Source: a virus
Taxonomy: Duplodnaviria > Caudoviricetes
Direction: 5' to 3' (one strand)
IMG/VR virus record: IMGVR_UViG_3300044527_000635
Location: 1 to 62,493 of that record
DNA length: 62,493 nt
A model generated the notes under the pieces. That model was given only the letters and a program-made list of their open reading frames with translations. It did no database searches and was not told where the DNA came from. Shown here piece by piece: positions 11,401-20,300 of the stretch. A program made the translations under genes and the position numbers. Positions within the stretch are counted from its first letter, which is position 1. Each line of letters begins with the position of its first letter.

Positions 11401-12808
11401 AGTCGTTTTAATAGCCGTAGATTCTTTTATGATCGCTTGGCAATATTCTTCTGACGAAACATCAAGAAAAATTTTAGATTATTATTCTAAATCAATTGAC
11501 GCGGCAAGTCAAATTAATACTACTTATCCGCTAATTAGTCCACCTAAAGAAATAAGCAAAGCATCTGATGCAACGCCGTTGTCTTATTCACTAGAAAATG
11601 TTTTAAAAACTAATAATGGTAATTACGTTCATTTCTCAATTAATAAAACCGTTTTAACTCAAAATCAAGTATCCATTTTATCCGCAAATAACACTGGCAG
11701 AAATTATCAGTCATTTTATAGACTATCAAGACAAAGCGTAATTTATAAACCTACTTTGGTTACTAATTTAACAGCTAATAATGTTGACAATAAAGTAATA
11801 GGATCAGAACCAGCCGCTACTAATTCTTTTTGTGCGCTTTCTTTACAAAATAGAGATTTGACAGGGGGCAGTTTCCCTTTAAATGTTAAAATTGAACCTA
11901 GCAAAAGGGCTTATATTTTAAATGGGAATAAAATTTTTACAAGAGCTTTAGAATTAGATGCGACAAATACAAATGATAAAAGCCCTGTTTTATTAAAATC
12001 AATCGATGCAGAAGTAGGCAATAATAAATATAAAGTAAAATTTGGAGCTAAAACAAGCGACTTCGGTTTAGACAGACAAGAGTTTTTCGATATTTCTATC
12101 ACAAGAATTATACAAAATACTAATTTTCTTGGAGCGAATAAAGAAGCATTTATTGATTTCAGTAAAGAATTTTATTTTCTGTCTTCCAGTTCTTCTTATG
12201 GAAGCATTCTAACAGATGAAGTTAGTAAAGGATTATTTAACGGCGCTTTTAATTGCGTAAATGTTACTCCTCCAAATAATTTCTCTCAGTTTTTGACTCC
12301 TTCTCAAATTCAAATTTCTATAAATCCAGAGCCGACTGTAATTGACATTCCTTTTATAGCAGCGGCAGAGTTTTCTACTTTTACTGGAGTGGGTAATCTG
12401 GGCCATAATTTCTATTATGGAGTTCCAGTATTAAAAAATGAAAATCTAAAAATTGTATTAACAATCCCCGATGTTCAAGAGAAAAAGAATATAAAAATAT
12501 TTTGTTTTCTTGGAGACAATTTCGTTAATAGTGAAGTCGATAAAACCGAACTTACAGTTGGGAATAACAACATAACAGTAACTTTAAAAGACCTGCCTTA
12601 TGCAAATTATTTCACCTATCGGCAGACTTATGCAAATAATGATTCAATAAACAATGCAACTTTTTGGAAATTTCGAAGTATAAAAAATTTATCTTTTGCT
12701 CATTATGCTGTTAGAAAGCCCCCTTTTAGTAGGGACCTTTATACTGACGCTTCTTTTTATTTTTACATTCAAACATTAGAGCTATCAATAGTTATGACTT
12801 ATGCATAA
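5483..12808 (+). CDS. Lambda gpJ-like central tail fibre/hub with a large internal insertion
   Basis: 'DLLSEGPIGGL', 'KVKVPFNYNP', 'WDGTFK..WTDNPAWCFYDLLTNKRYG', 'EPRFSCN', 'AFGCTSRGQAQRLGRW', 'LKPGDVI'; 2441 aa. Confidence 0.92.
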   Translation: MNNFEDFKYIKGFGGGGGGSQSPQPTAAYEDVEGFVYNGQPYGVYQFAKVKDLLSEGPIGGLLEGQYLYSGQVGDLGFKKVIYNEYSSVVGENSESKYLRSIQWNQTPLLDSQEKYNFQQINVQVTNGTPEGTSLDQGFDSVSYIRSIGERLRGPNQLARTTDEVLDYQRTYRILNKECKKISLNFRISSLYVTLKYQDLTEVRDGKIKIEGVESATATDFKLTRTGRETEDGNLDAIVAGAGSVIRNKFKIRIKISPIYNEGYNANLPTLDLTSNTATIIKDNQNLVIDVDNVPKLFEIESDGKVTQGYSKQIILNTSNVFSGLNEDQNWAGWDITVLKITPEDTFSARASFISLESITETYSSSFRYTNSAIVTSKFNAGYFSKIPERSYDVNLLKVKVPFNYNPITKTYGITTPLAPTITTTISKTDGETTEDFFLGENGNYVNADNVNPPITDGLIAQFDASNPSLTTSAGEVTSWPNTVAGTIKCVLGNGTYAAPAGTTARPKYGSSHSEQSPNGNYGVTFETTQKVKFIGNADSTEAISKDDFTVFIVCKWHSSALNTERNSILASFPVQHYIFGQTQKINRYFAAGNTNLDMPQTQSNIPKFSSRSNYWGDTNDPTTYIIGLTQDKTSFYTVFWQNTIRSTQRNTVSVLPLLGLAINHNVSLNSKCTVFEVLVYNRKLATSESISVRNWLNKKWNVLVQNITSISSSAIPQAFNPNVFDIPLSSSISIPLKTLCANGQATKAFKYEGGDQNINFFNNPYYQMDLIPTRNLQVTSEKGYLKDQGFSGCYCDFFIKLKDISYAGTYSLINREEQFNLSMAINGEVVSLILKIISPNDGKIYTITKQLNTSKYSTTKLKNTFTRITLSILPKVVNPKVTFNEVARVVANINLNDKTWDKTPLVDTQKPQLRDQAGKLEASVKGLPSLLIQGVSFKEDSLYNSQIDNLAATCYKYFYGTTKTFLATGGGWYIGKSLSKEFFPNILNAEIDVLLNSEKQIQCNINIDDYNAYQTLCIGNAIRPLDFNKRTDNLLERAALLRLKGDTQNQLQAYNRLRIDQTFLSNSVTLEQNQTVVLLPLSAAQIYDAANDKTGPFIPSYFITNNKKIEIFKDTFVGYADSIKVNQISFDRISLSKAFSGGIISEGYSKKISVYDTAGVLPYSSSNDYWDGTFKEDKEWTDNPAWCFYDLLTNKRYGAGNYVSEADVDKWSLYQIAKYCDELVADGFGGVEPRFSCNVYLQSQEDALKVLADMASVFRGMFYYSNGFIYTINDMPENTPVYSFTNSNVTDGNFNYESTSLKDRNSAVYIRYIDKNNFYKPAVEYVENIEAFRKFGFKETELTAFGCTSRGQAQRLGRWLLASEYNETETVSFEAGPESVYLKPGDVIKVHDYYKKHKTVGGRLSNINISGDINVTTGTLTLDRKLDFNFSGDQNYKFTIVSPKYNLDPSFKDTAGNSIVTSNLDYNDYRKPLTNSFIVGSGNLITGQYYDSIRITGLAPVMASGLNVTGLAYFTGASGMSPKSITWALENSGNLNGTTDSDYDFYRIFRIQESTEGTNYTVIASQMYHLKYTQIESGLNITPAKAPAPEASAPLRALFTSQETNVVLDIFYDSSIKNSTIGFKVFAKNFYQSDFDPNKDTNFKFVSIDIYESFTKTTLTKSQARGFIRVYGVNINNSSPLSYVEAVDSTDALKTTAFPVQEISYTNVIKAQTIVNNVTYEFDNPIALNRNQYFAVIGSSLNFNIPLNFIDKVVFNNIDYPYRVVIIPELVNSKGAFGTAFGKYSALDPVTQTEYLTFDSDNASDNGYLYNSLSTFGRYRSFSLAIDKGGLTDKGFKTTSDSFKQEAGFLLVTYDNKDADIIEYLKAILNGGTYAIYPINGTTSRRLVFNVPILSDNFVNFFYLLLTPIETTFSFTKYSIIHDDDGEPKSIKQGNDEIIDSHFIKISKDQSIFYFDKVQDDSGKAFNLDSYKVVLIAVDSFMIAWQYSSDETSRKILDYYSKSIDAASQINTTYPLISPPKEISKASDATPLSYSLENVLKTNNGNYVHFSINKTVLTQNQVSILSANNTGRNYQSFYRLSRQSVIYKPTLVTNLTANNVDNKVIGSEPAATNSFCALSLQNRDLTGGSFPLNVKIEPSKRAYILNGNKIFTRALELDATNTNDKSPVLLKSIDAEVGNNKYKVKFGAKTSDFGLDRQEFFDISITRIIQNTNFLGANKEAFIDFSKEFYFLSSSSSYGSILTDEVSKGLFNGAFNCVNVTPPNNFSQFLTPSQIQISINPEPTVIDIPFIAAAEFSTFTGVGNLGHNFYYGVPVLKNENLKIVLTIPDVQEKKNIKIFCFLGDNFVNSEVDKTELTVGNNNITVTLKDLPYANYFTYRQTYANNDSINNATFWKFRSIKNLSFAHYAVRKPPFSRDLYTDASFYFYIQTLELSIVMTYA

Positions 12809-12823
12809 TAACAGCTAATTAAA

Positions 12824-13522
12824 ATGAAACATTATATTATATATTTTATTAACGGTAGTTATAAAATTATTCAGTCTTCAATTAATTTAGTAGAAGACAC
12901 AGATCATCTCTATTTTTTAGGAATAGATTATCACTTGGTTGATTATATCGTCCAATTAAATAAAAATATTACCGACAACGATTTAAAACATAGGAAAATC
13001 CTTCCAGACGGCAATTCAATTTGGAACAAGCATGATTTGATTAATGAAAAAATTCAAAGAATGACAGAAGAGAGAAGTTCTTTATTGCAAAAACTTGATG
13101 TAGAATTTATGATTTCTCTTGAAATTGCTAACAATAAACAGACAGAGATTATTAAAAGAAATAAAAATTTCTTAAGACAACTCTCTTGCAGAACAGAAAT
13201 GCATCATATTCATGACTGCGAGAAAATTAATAAGTTTAACGCTTTCCATAATATAGTAGACATAGAAATCATTGACCCCGGTTACGGATGCTCAGAGTCT
13301 GTCCCTCATGTCACCATCTCTCGTCCTGAAGAGACTGACTATAACTATGGATTAGCAGCGGCTGCTAACGCTATTAGAGGATCAAAAGGAGAGCTACTTT
13401 CTTTATCTATGGCAAAATTAGGATGCGGCTACATATCTGAGCCTACAATTGAAATCAGTGGATATGAAGGAGAAAACGCAAAACATCCTGTGTTAAAAGC
13501 TGTTATTTGTAATATAATATAA
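12824..13522 (+). CDS. Tail fibre assembly (Tfa-like) protein with C-terminal beta-repeat
   Basis: 'ERSSLLQKLDVEFMISLE...KNFLRQL' resembles phage tail-assembly chaperones. The C-terminal 'IIDPGYG...LGCGYISEPTIEISG' is a structural beta-repeat. Confidence 0.5.
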   Translation: MKHYIIYFINGSYKIIQSSINLVEDTDHLYFLGIDYHLVDYIVQLNKNITDNDLKHRKILPDGNSIWNKHDLINEKIQRMTEERSSLLQKLDVEFMISLEIANNKQTEIIKRNKNFLRQLSCRTEMHHIHDCEKINKFNAFHNIVDIEIIDPGYGCSESVPHVTISRPEETDYNYGLAAAANAIRGSKGELLSLSMAKLGCGYISEPTIEISGYEGENAKHPVLKAVICNII

Positions 13523-13524
13523 AT

Positions 13525-14352
13525 ATGACAGACGTATTGTTTTCTTCCGGCGACGAATTTGCGTACTCTAATAATTTAGCAAATTGGTCTTCAATTAATT
13601 CAGGCCAAGAGATCGAAATAATTGGAAGCCCAGAGAAGTTCTCTACTGTTCGTGTTGATTTTATTAGCTACAATAAAGTATTTTCTGTTGTTTCTGAATC
13701 AAGAATTAAATTTGACTCTAATGCAAAAGATTTAATACTAGACGGAGATACAATTGATTGTTTTTTTAAGACTTATTATGTCGCTGTCATTAATGATGTT
13801 ATTGAAAAAGGCAATGGATATCAAGTCAACGAAGTAGTTAGTGTATCTAAGGATTGTTATTTTGATAATTTTTTAGACAAGAAAGAAAAAGCATTATTTA
13901 AAATTACTTCTGTAAATGCTGAAGGCGGCATTTTAGAACTAGATCTAATTAGTAAAGGCAAATTTTGCCAAAACTTTAGCGAAGCGGAGATAGAAAGCAG
14001 TTCTGGGAAAGGAGCTAAGATCTCTTTTATCTTGGGTGAAAATAAAAACAAAGAGCTTAAATTCTTTTCTGTATTAGATGTTAAACACCAAGATTCATAT
14101 ATTACCGCAGATCTAAATGAAAAGATTAAAAATCCTTTTCTCTGCGGCGAAATGCATATAAAAAGATATCGTATTACTTTAAATAAATCGCTAGGTAAAG
14201 AATATCTTTCTCACCCTTTTATTTTAAAAGTACAAAACACTCCTTTCTTAAACTTGCCGCTAGCCAAAGATAACAATATAGAGCAAATCTATAATCAGGC
14301 TATACTGACTATAGACTCTAAGATTAAAGAATTATCTACTGGAGTAAAGTAA
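13525..14352 (+). CDS. Hypothetical tail/baseplate-associated protein
   Basis: 275-aa ORF at the end of the tip operon with 'VIEKGNGYQVNE' and 'FKITSVNAEGGI' beta-repeats. It overlaps the tape measure stop convergently. Confidence 0.5.
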   Translation: MTDVLFSSGDEFAYSNNLANWSSINSGQEIEIIGSPEKFSTVRVDFISYNKVFSVVSESRIKFDSNAKDLILDGDTIDCFFKTYYVAVINDVIEKGNGYQVNEVVSVSKDCYFDNFLDKKEKALFKITSVNAEGGILELDLISKGKFCQNFSEAEIESSSGKGAKISFILGENKNKELKFFSVLDVKHQDSYITADLNEKIKNPFLCGEMHIKRYRITLNKSLGKEYLSHPFILKVQNTPFLNLPLAKDNNIEQIYNQAILTIDSKIKELSTGVK

Positions 14353-17300
14353 TCCTCCGGGTCTCTTTTGTTCGACTAATACTTCAACAACTTTGCTTCT
14401 AAGTAACTCAGCAAGTTTGCCATTGTTTTGCATGCTGTTCTGATCGTTTTTAGAATTGGATGCGCCTTTTTGAGTGGTGGAGTTAGCTTCAGAGGTAACT
14501 TCGCCGCCTTGAGACATGTTGATTGAAATATTGTTTACTACAGACATGCCAGACTCTTGAGCAGTTCCAGCAAGAGAAGCTCTTCCTGATTCTGATTGAG
14601 TTATTCCCGAATCCTTAGATAAGTTATCATTTAAAGTATTCAACGCAGTTACTAATTCATCCATGCTAGAAGACTGGTCTGTATTGCTTTGACCGCTATA
14701 ACTTGTGCCAACCATCCCGCCGCTAGCATATTTAGGAAGAGAACCAGAATTCAATTGACCCATGAAGTCTTTGCCGTACATATCGACGGCTTTTTTATTC
14801 ATGACGTATTCGCCGCCCATTAACAAAGCGGGAATATTGTCTTGGCCTGTAGAGCCGCCGCCAGCAAATTTGGCAATATAACCTCCTCCTGCTCTAAGAT
14901 TTTTTGCATATTGTTCATTTAATTGCGATTGACTTAAATTGCCTCCCGGTTCTAAACCTCTTCCCGCAGAAGTAGAAGCTCTACCCCTTAAACTCTCTGC
15001 TCCCATTGTAAGTCCAGCAGCGCCTATTTGGACAGCAGCAGCAGTTAATCCTGAATAGAAAGTGCTATTTACTTGATTTTTATAGTTTTTAAGGCTCTGT
15101 TTCTTGTCTCTCTCATATTGCGCTCGGTCTTGTAAGTACTGATCAAGTTTTTCATAACGATCTTGTCTTAATTTATTTTGAGGGTTATTGTCGTCAGTTA
15201 GAGCCATTGCTGACAATCTAGAATCAACAGCAAACTCTCCAGAAGTTGGGCGATCAGGATTATCGTACAAGAATTCATTTTGCAATGGGCCAACAGAGAA
15301 TCCTCCAGTCGCGTATCTTGGAATAATTCCACCATTTAGATTTCTTAAATAATCAGATCCATATTTATCAACAGAAGATTTCTTAATGACATACTCGCCG
15401 CCGCTCATCATCGCGGGCACATCGTCTTTCATCCCAGAGCCGCCAGTAACCATACCTCCAGAATTATAGCCTTTAATTGGTCCTCCATCTTTCCTGCCAG
15501 TTGTAGCAGCTTTACCAAAAGCAAACAAAGCATCAACGCCCATCTCTAGAGACTTATCAAGCATTCTATTTAAGATGCCTTGGAACATGTCTCTAAATGC
15601 ATCCTTAAGGGTTTTAGTGCCTTTAATAGCTTCGCCAAATGCGCTGCCAATACCAGACTTAAAATCAGTTTGAAATGTATCAATTAGTTGACCAGTGTCT
15701 TTTGCGAAGTCTGCTCTATTGTAAGTGGTGTTCTTCTCTGTGATTCCTCCTACATCGACTTTCCCAAGTCTAGCATTGTCTTCTATTTGGGAATTCATTC
15801 TGGCGGCTTTTTCTTCTTTGAAGAATGTGTCGCCGTAAGCTGAACCGTAAAGCCTCTTTGTTTCTTCTTTTGTTTTATTTAAACGCTCAGTTACTTTTGC
15901 TCTCTCATCTGCTATTTGCATTTCCAAGTACATTTGAGCGGCTAATTCTTTATTACCATCTCCATAAATTTTATTAATTTCTTCTATCTTTTTATTTTTT
16001 TCGATTTGAATACCCTCTTGAGCTTTAGCTAAATCTCGCTCTGCATCTATTAAAGATTGAGGTTTTGCTGGAATTGACGAAGAAGTTTTCCCAACTGAAG
16101 GATTGAATTCATAAAATTTAAAATCTGAAGAAGCGGCAGGAGTATTAATTTTATTAGGAAAATTAGAAGTTGGCGTTGATTGCGATTGATAAAGCTTTGT
16201 TAAAATAGAATTTAAATTCTCAAGTGGGACATTTAATTTTAAAGCCAGCTTTTCTCTATCTGTATATGCAATTGGATTATAAGGACCTGCATCACCCCCC
16301 ATTGGCATGCCTGATGCACTAGGATTAGCACTTCCAAAAAGCATACCAGAATTAGCCATCTGAGATCTTATCTCTGTCAAAGCTTTTTCTCTTTCAGAAA
16401 CTGAAGCTATTGGTAATAGATTTCTAATTTCTTTATTTAATTCTGCTGTATTTTGAGTATCAACAAGTTGCTTTAATGCTTCGCTCAAAGATCTATTTAA
16501 TTCAGTTATTTTTGATCCTACTTCAGCCTTAGAAATATCATAAAAAGCTTTAGTTATATCAGGAGCTTGTTTTGCTAGGATTTCTGTTTGAGTCTTCGCT
16601 AGCTCATTCGCATATTTACTTTCTTGAGCTAATAAATCGAAATAAGTTCCTATATTATCAAGCTTCAATTGAGAAGTCACTTGATCAATAGCAACGCTCA
16701 TTGCGTTTTCATTGAAGTTATCAAAAGCTTTCTCCAACGCACCGCCTGATTGAATTCCGCTTCCTGTTTGCCCTATCAATGAAATATTAGTTAAAGCTCT
16801 TGCTCTTTCGTTTTCTTTTTTAAGCTGTTCTGCTCTTGCGGTTATTGAAGCATTTTGTAATGGAGCTAATTCTGCTCCGACTCCTCCGCCTCTAATCCCA
16901 TACTGATTAGAAATCGTATCCAGCAATTTAAACAATCCAGATCCTGTTTCTGTTGGATTTCCTACTCTAACATTTTGTCCCAAAGTAGAAGTCAATTCAG
17001 TTAGCTTATCAAATAAATCAGAAACCCCAACTTGACCAGTTGATCCCAAAGCTGCGGCACCGCCAGCAAGAGAAAGCTTTTCAGATAGAGCTACGCTTCT
17101 TCTTTGATAATCAGAGTTTACTTTTTGAATAGCTAAATCAAATTTTCCTTGTTCAGTAATTTTAGTTAACTCGTTTAAAACTCCTTCAAAAGTATTTTGT
17201 AATTCTCCTGCAATTAATTCGGCTTCTGGCTTCTTGAAAAGACCCGTTGCAGAGACTCCTTGAATTAATTTGTTTTTTACTACTTCTATATTGCCACCAG

Positions 17301-20300
17301 CGCTTAACTCTTTCAAAGAAGAAGCGATTAGAGGAGAAATACCTTGGATATTTTTATTAAAAACGTTTAGTTCTTTTGTGATATCCTCTGGAGACTTTGA
17401 CAAATCTGTTACTGCTGGAAGAGCTTTTGATCTTATGTCTTCAGCTTTTTTAGTAATAATATCAGTGAAAGAAGACAATCCTTTATCTAAAGCGCCTCTT
17501 ACTTCAGAGTTTTGTTTATTTTGAAGATCTGTTAAAGCTAGGCTTGATTCTGCGGCGGTTTTACCTGCTTCAGTCATGAAAGGGGAAGCTAAACTCAAAG
17601 CACCTTTTGTCCTTGCTGAAGCTAATTGTACAGAGCCTTCTGCTTGTATTTTGTTTAGCTCTCTAAGAGTAGTAGCTCTATTTTTTTCTGCCTCAATTTG
17701 AGAAGAGAGAGAAAGATTTAGATTTTCATATCTTTGAGTTAAATCCTTTAGGATATCTGCATTCTTTTTAGTTATTTCAATATTTTGTTTTTGAATAGCT
17801 ACAAGGTTGTCCGCAGCTTCTTTAGAAGAAAAAACACCTTTACCAAATTCATCGATTGCATCAAAAAGAGATTTGACATTTTCTACGCTAATATTTTTAG
17901 AAACTTCTTCAAATTTAGCAGCAAGTTCTGGTCCAAAAATACCCTTAGATTCTAATTGCGATCTAATTTGTTTCAAACCTAATTGATCGACATTAGTTCT
18001 CTCGACAAATTTAGGAGCAGACGAACCTACAAAATTAGGATTAGCTCCATATTCAAGAATTTTATCAGTTTTTATTGATTGACCTTTTAAATTACTAATA
18101 AAAGAACCAAATTCTCCTGCGCCACCTTTAAATCCAGAAAGCACTTTTTGAGGATCTATTGATTGAGTAAATAATCTATTTAATTGATCTGAGTCAGCTT
18201 TTTTTAAATTGCTTCCTGCAATAATTCCTGTTTTATCATTAACTAATTTAGTAATAGCCAATTGCCTTTCTAAACTTTGTTGAGCATCGGACATTTCTTT
18301 ATTTACTCTAGCAATAGCATCAGCTACTTTACCAATATCAGTTCCTGCGGCTAATACCTTTCCTCTAAACTCATTAGGAATAGAAGCAAGAGAATCAGTT
18401 ATACTTGTTTGAAATTTTAATAAGGCTTGAGGCTGAGTTTTTGGATCATTTAAAGCATTTTGTAAGCTCTCTAATGAGGTTGCATAAGTTTGTGATGCGC
18501 CAGAGAACTTTGAAGAAGATTCCTTAACTTTATCTAAATTGGTAGAGATGTCAAAGATGGCTTGTTCTGCTTTTGAATCTACTATCTTTTTGGCGGCTAT
18601 CCCTACTCCGATTAGTGCGCCAGCAGCAGCGCCAACTGGACCAAATGCAGCACCTAAACCAGCATATTGAGCGACATCCGCAGCGCCCGAAAATGCGGCT
18701 TTCGTTTTTTTATCGGACTCAGGGACAAATTGTTCTGCAATATTTAATGCCCCAGCCGCTGCTAAACCTGCACCAGTTCCAGAAGACCTAATTAAATTAT
18801 TAAGTTTACCACCTTCTTTTAAGCTTAAAGGTAAATTAGTATAACTTGCTGTGGCTATTTTGTATTCTTGACTGCTTTGTTGTTTAGCAGACGCTCTTGC
18901 TATTGCTTTTTGCTCTTCTACTTTTGCTTTAATTGACTCAAACTCTTCTTTTTGTTTTTTGTTAACCATCTGGCCACCAGATGTTCTAAGTGGTCCTGTA
19001 ACATTTAAATCTTTATCAATATTAGAGAAACTAAATTTTGATTTAGCTTCTGTTTTTAGTTTTTTAACAGCATTGCCAGCTTCAGAGATCTCACTTCTTT
19101 TACTCTTTATTAAATTTTGGGTTTGAGTATTAATTTCTTTGAAGCCGCCAGCTAAAGATTTTAATTGACTTCCAAAAGCGATAAAAGCTACAGTAATCAT
19201 TGAAAGATCAAACTCATCTGCAAAATTAGGAATAAAACCTTCGGCCATCCCTTTGGTTTGAGGATTGATCCCCGCTTTCTTTGCTAGAGAAATTCCATTT
19301 CCTAGACTTCCTTCGGTTGTGTTGTAAACGCCAAGACCGTTTGGATTAAATGATGTTTTTAATTGACTATTTTGACCCAGTTTAACTTGAGAAGAGGAAT
19401 ATCCAGCAGACATCTCTCTTGCTACTGCTTCTTGAATTGGATTAAAATTAGGAATAAAGCCAAAAGCTTTTTTGCCACCGGGAGCAATTCTTTTAACAAT
19501 ATTAGTAACTTTTTCTCCAGAAGCTTTTAGTTTAGAAGCTTCGGCTGCGATATCTATTGAACCAGCTTTCGCTCTTTCCTCATCTTCAAATATTTTGATA
19601 TAGCCGCCAAATTCTCTTTCAATTTTTTTTGCAAAACTTGCTTCGCTATCATCATCATATCTAAGTTTATAGTCACCTAAATTACTTATAAATCCGGGAA
19701 ATAGTTGACGCACCTTATTAATATTAGTGCCTCCTCTAACGTCAAAATCACCTCCGCCTTTGCCTTCTCTAGAATAATCTTTTGAGAGGTTAACTCCAGC
19801 TTCAAATATTTTTCCTGCAAACTGCGCTGCTGGATTTTGTACAGCACCAAGATATTTTTTTCTTGATTGCTCGGTAGCCTTTTCTCCTCCGGGTAATCCG
19901 TCCGCAAAGTCAGTTAATAATTGATTAGCAAAAGAATCAGATTTTGCTCTTAGATCTACTTTATTACTTTCTAAAGCCTCTTTACTAAGGTTAACAACTT
20001 TAAAAGATATTGGAACATTTCCAGCCCCTCTACTCCTCTGGATTGTTTGACCAGACATTTGTGGACTTTCTAAAGTAAGCATCTCTGCTTGAGCCATATA
20101 TGGAGGCAATTGAGCGGCCTGTCTTTCTACTTCTCTTTCTAAAGCAGCTTGTTTTGGTAACCATGTTGGATTTTTAGAAATTCTTCTAATTTCTTCAATA
20201 GGTACTCCGCTGTCAGAGGCTCCATTTAAAGTAGCATTAGTCCATTTACCACCAAGAGTACCATCTGCATTTAAGAAAGCAGTTTTATATTGACCTCTCT

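Noticed and set aside
1508-14352. Actively invertible (phase-variable) segment
   Set aside because: No inverted repeats are visible at the two junctions, there is no recombinase in the window, and the right junction lies within overlapping coding ends.
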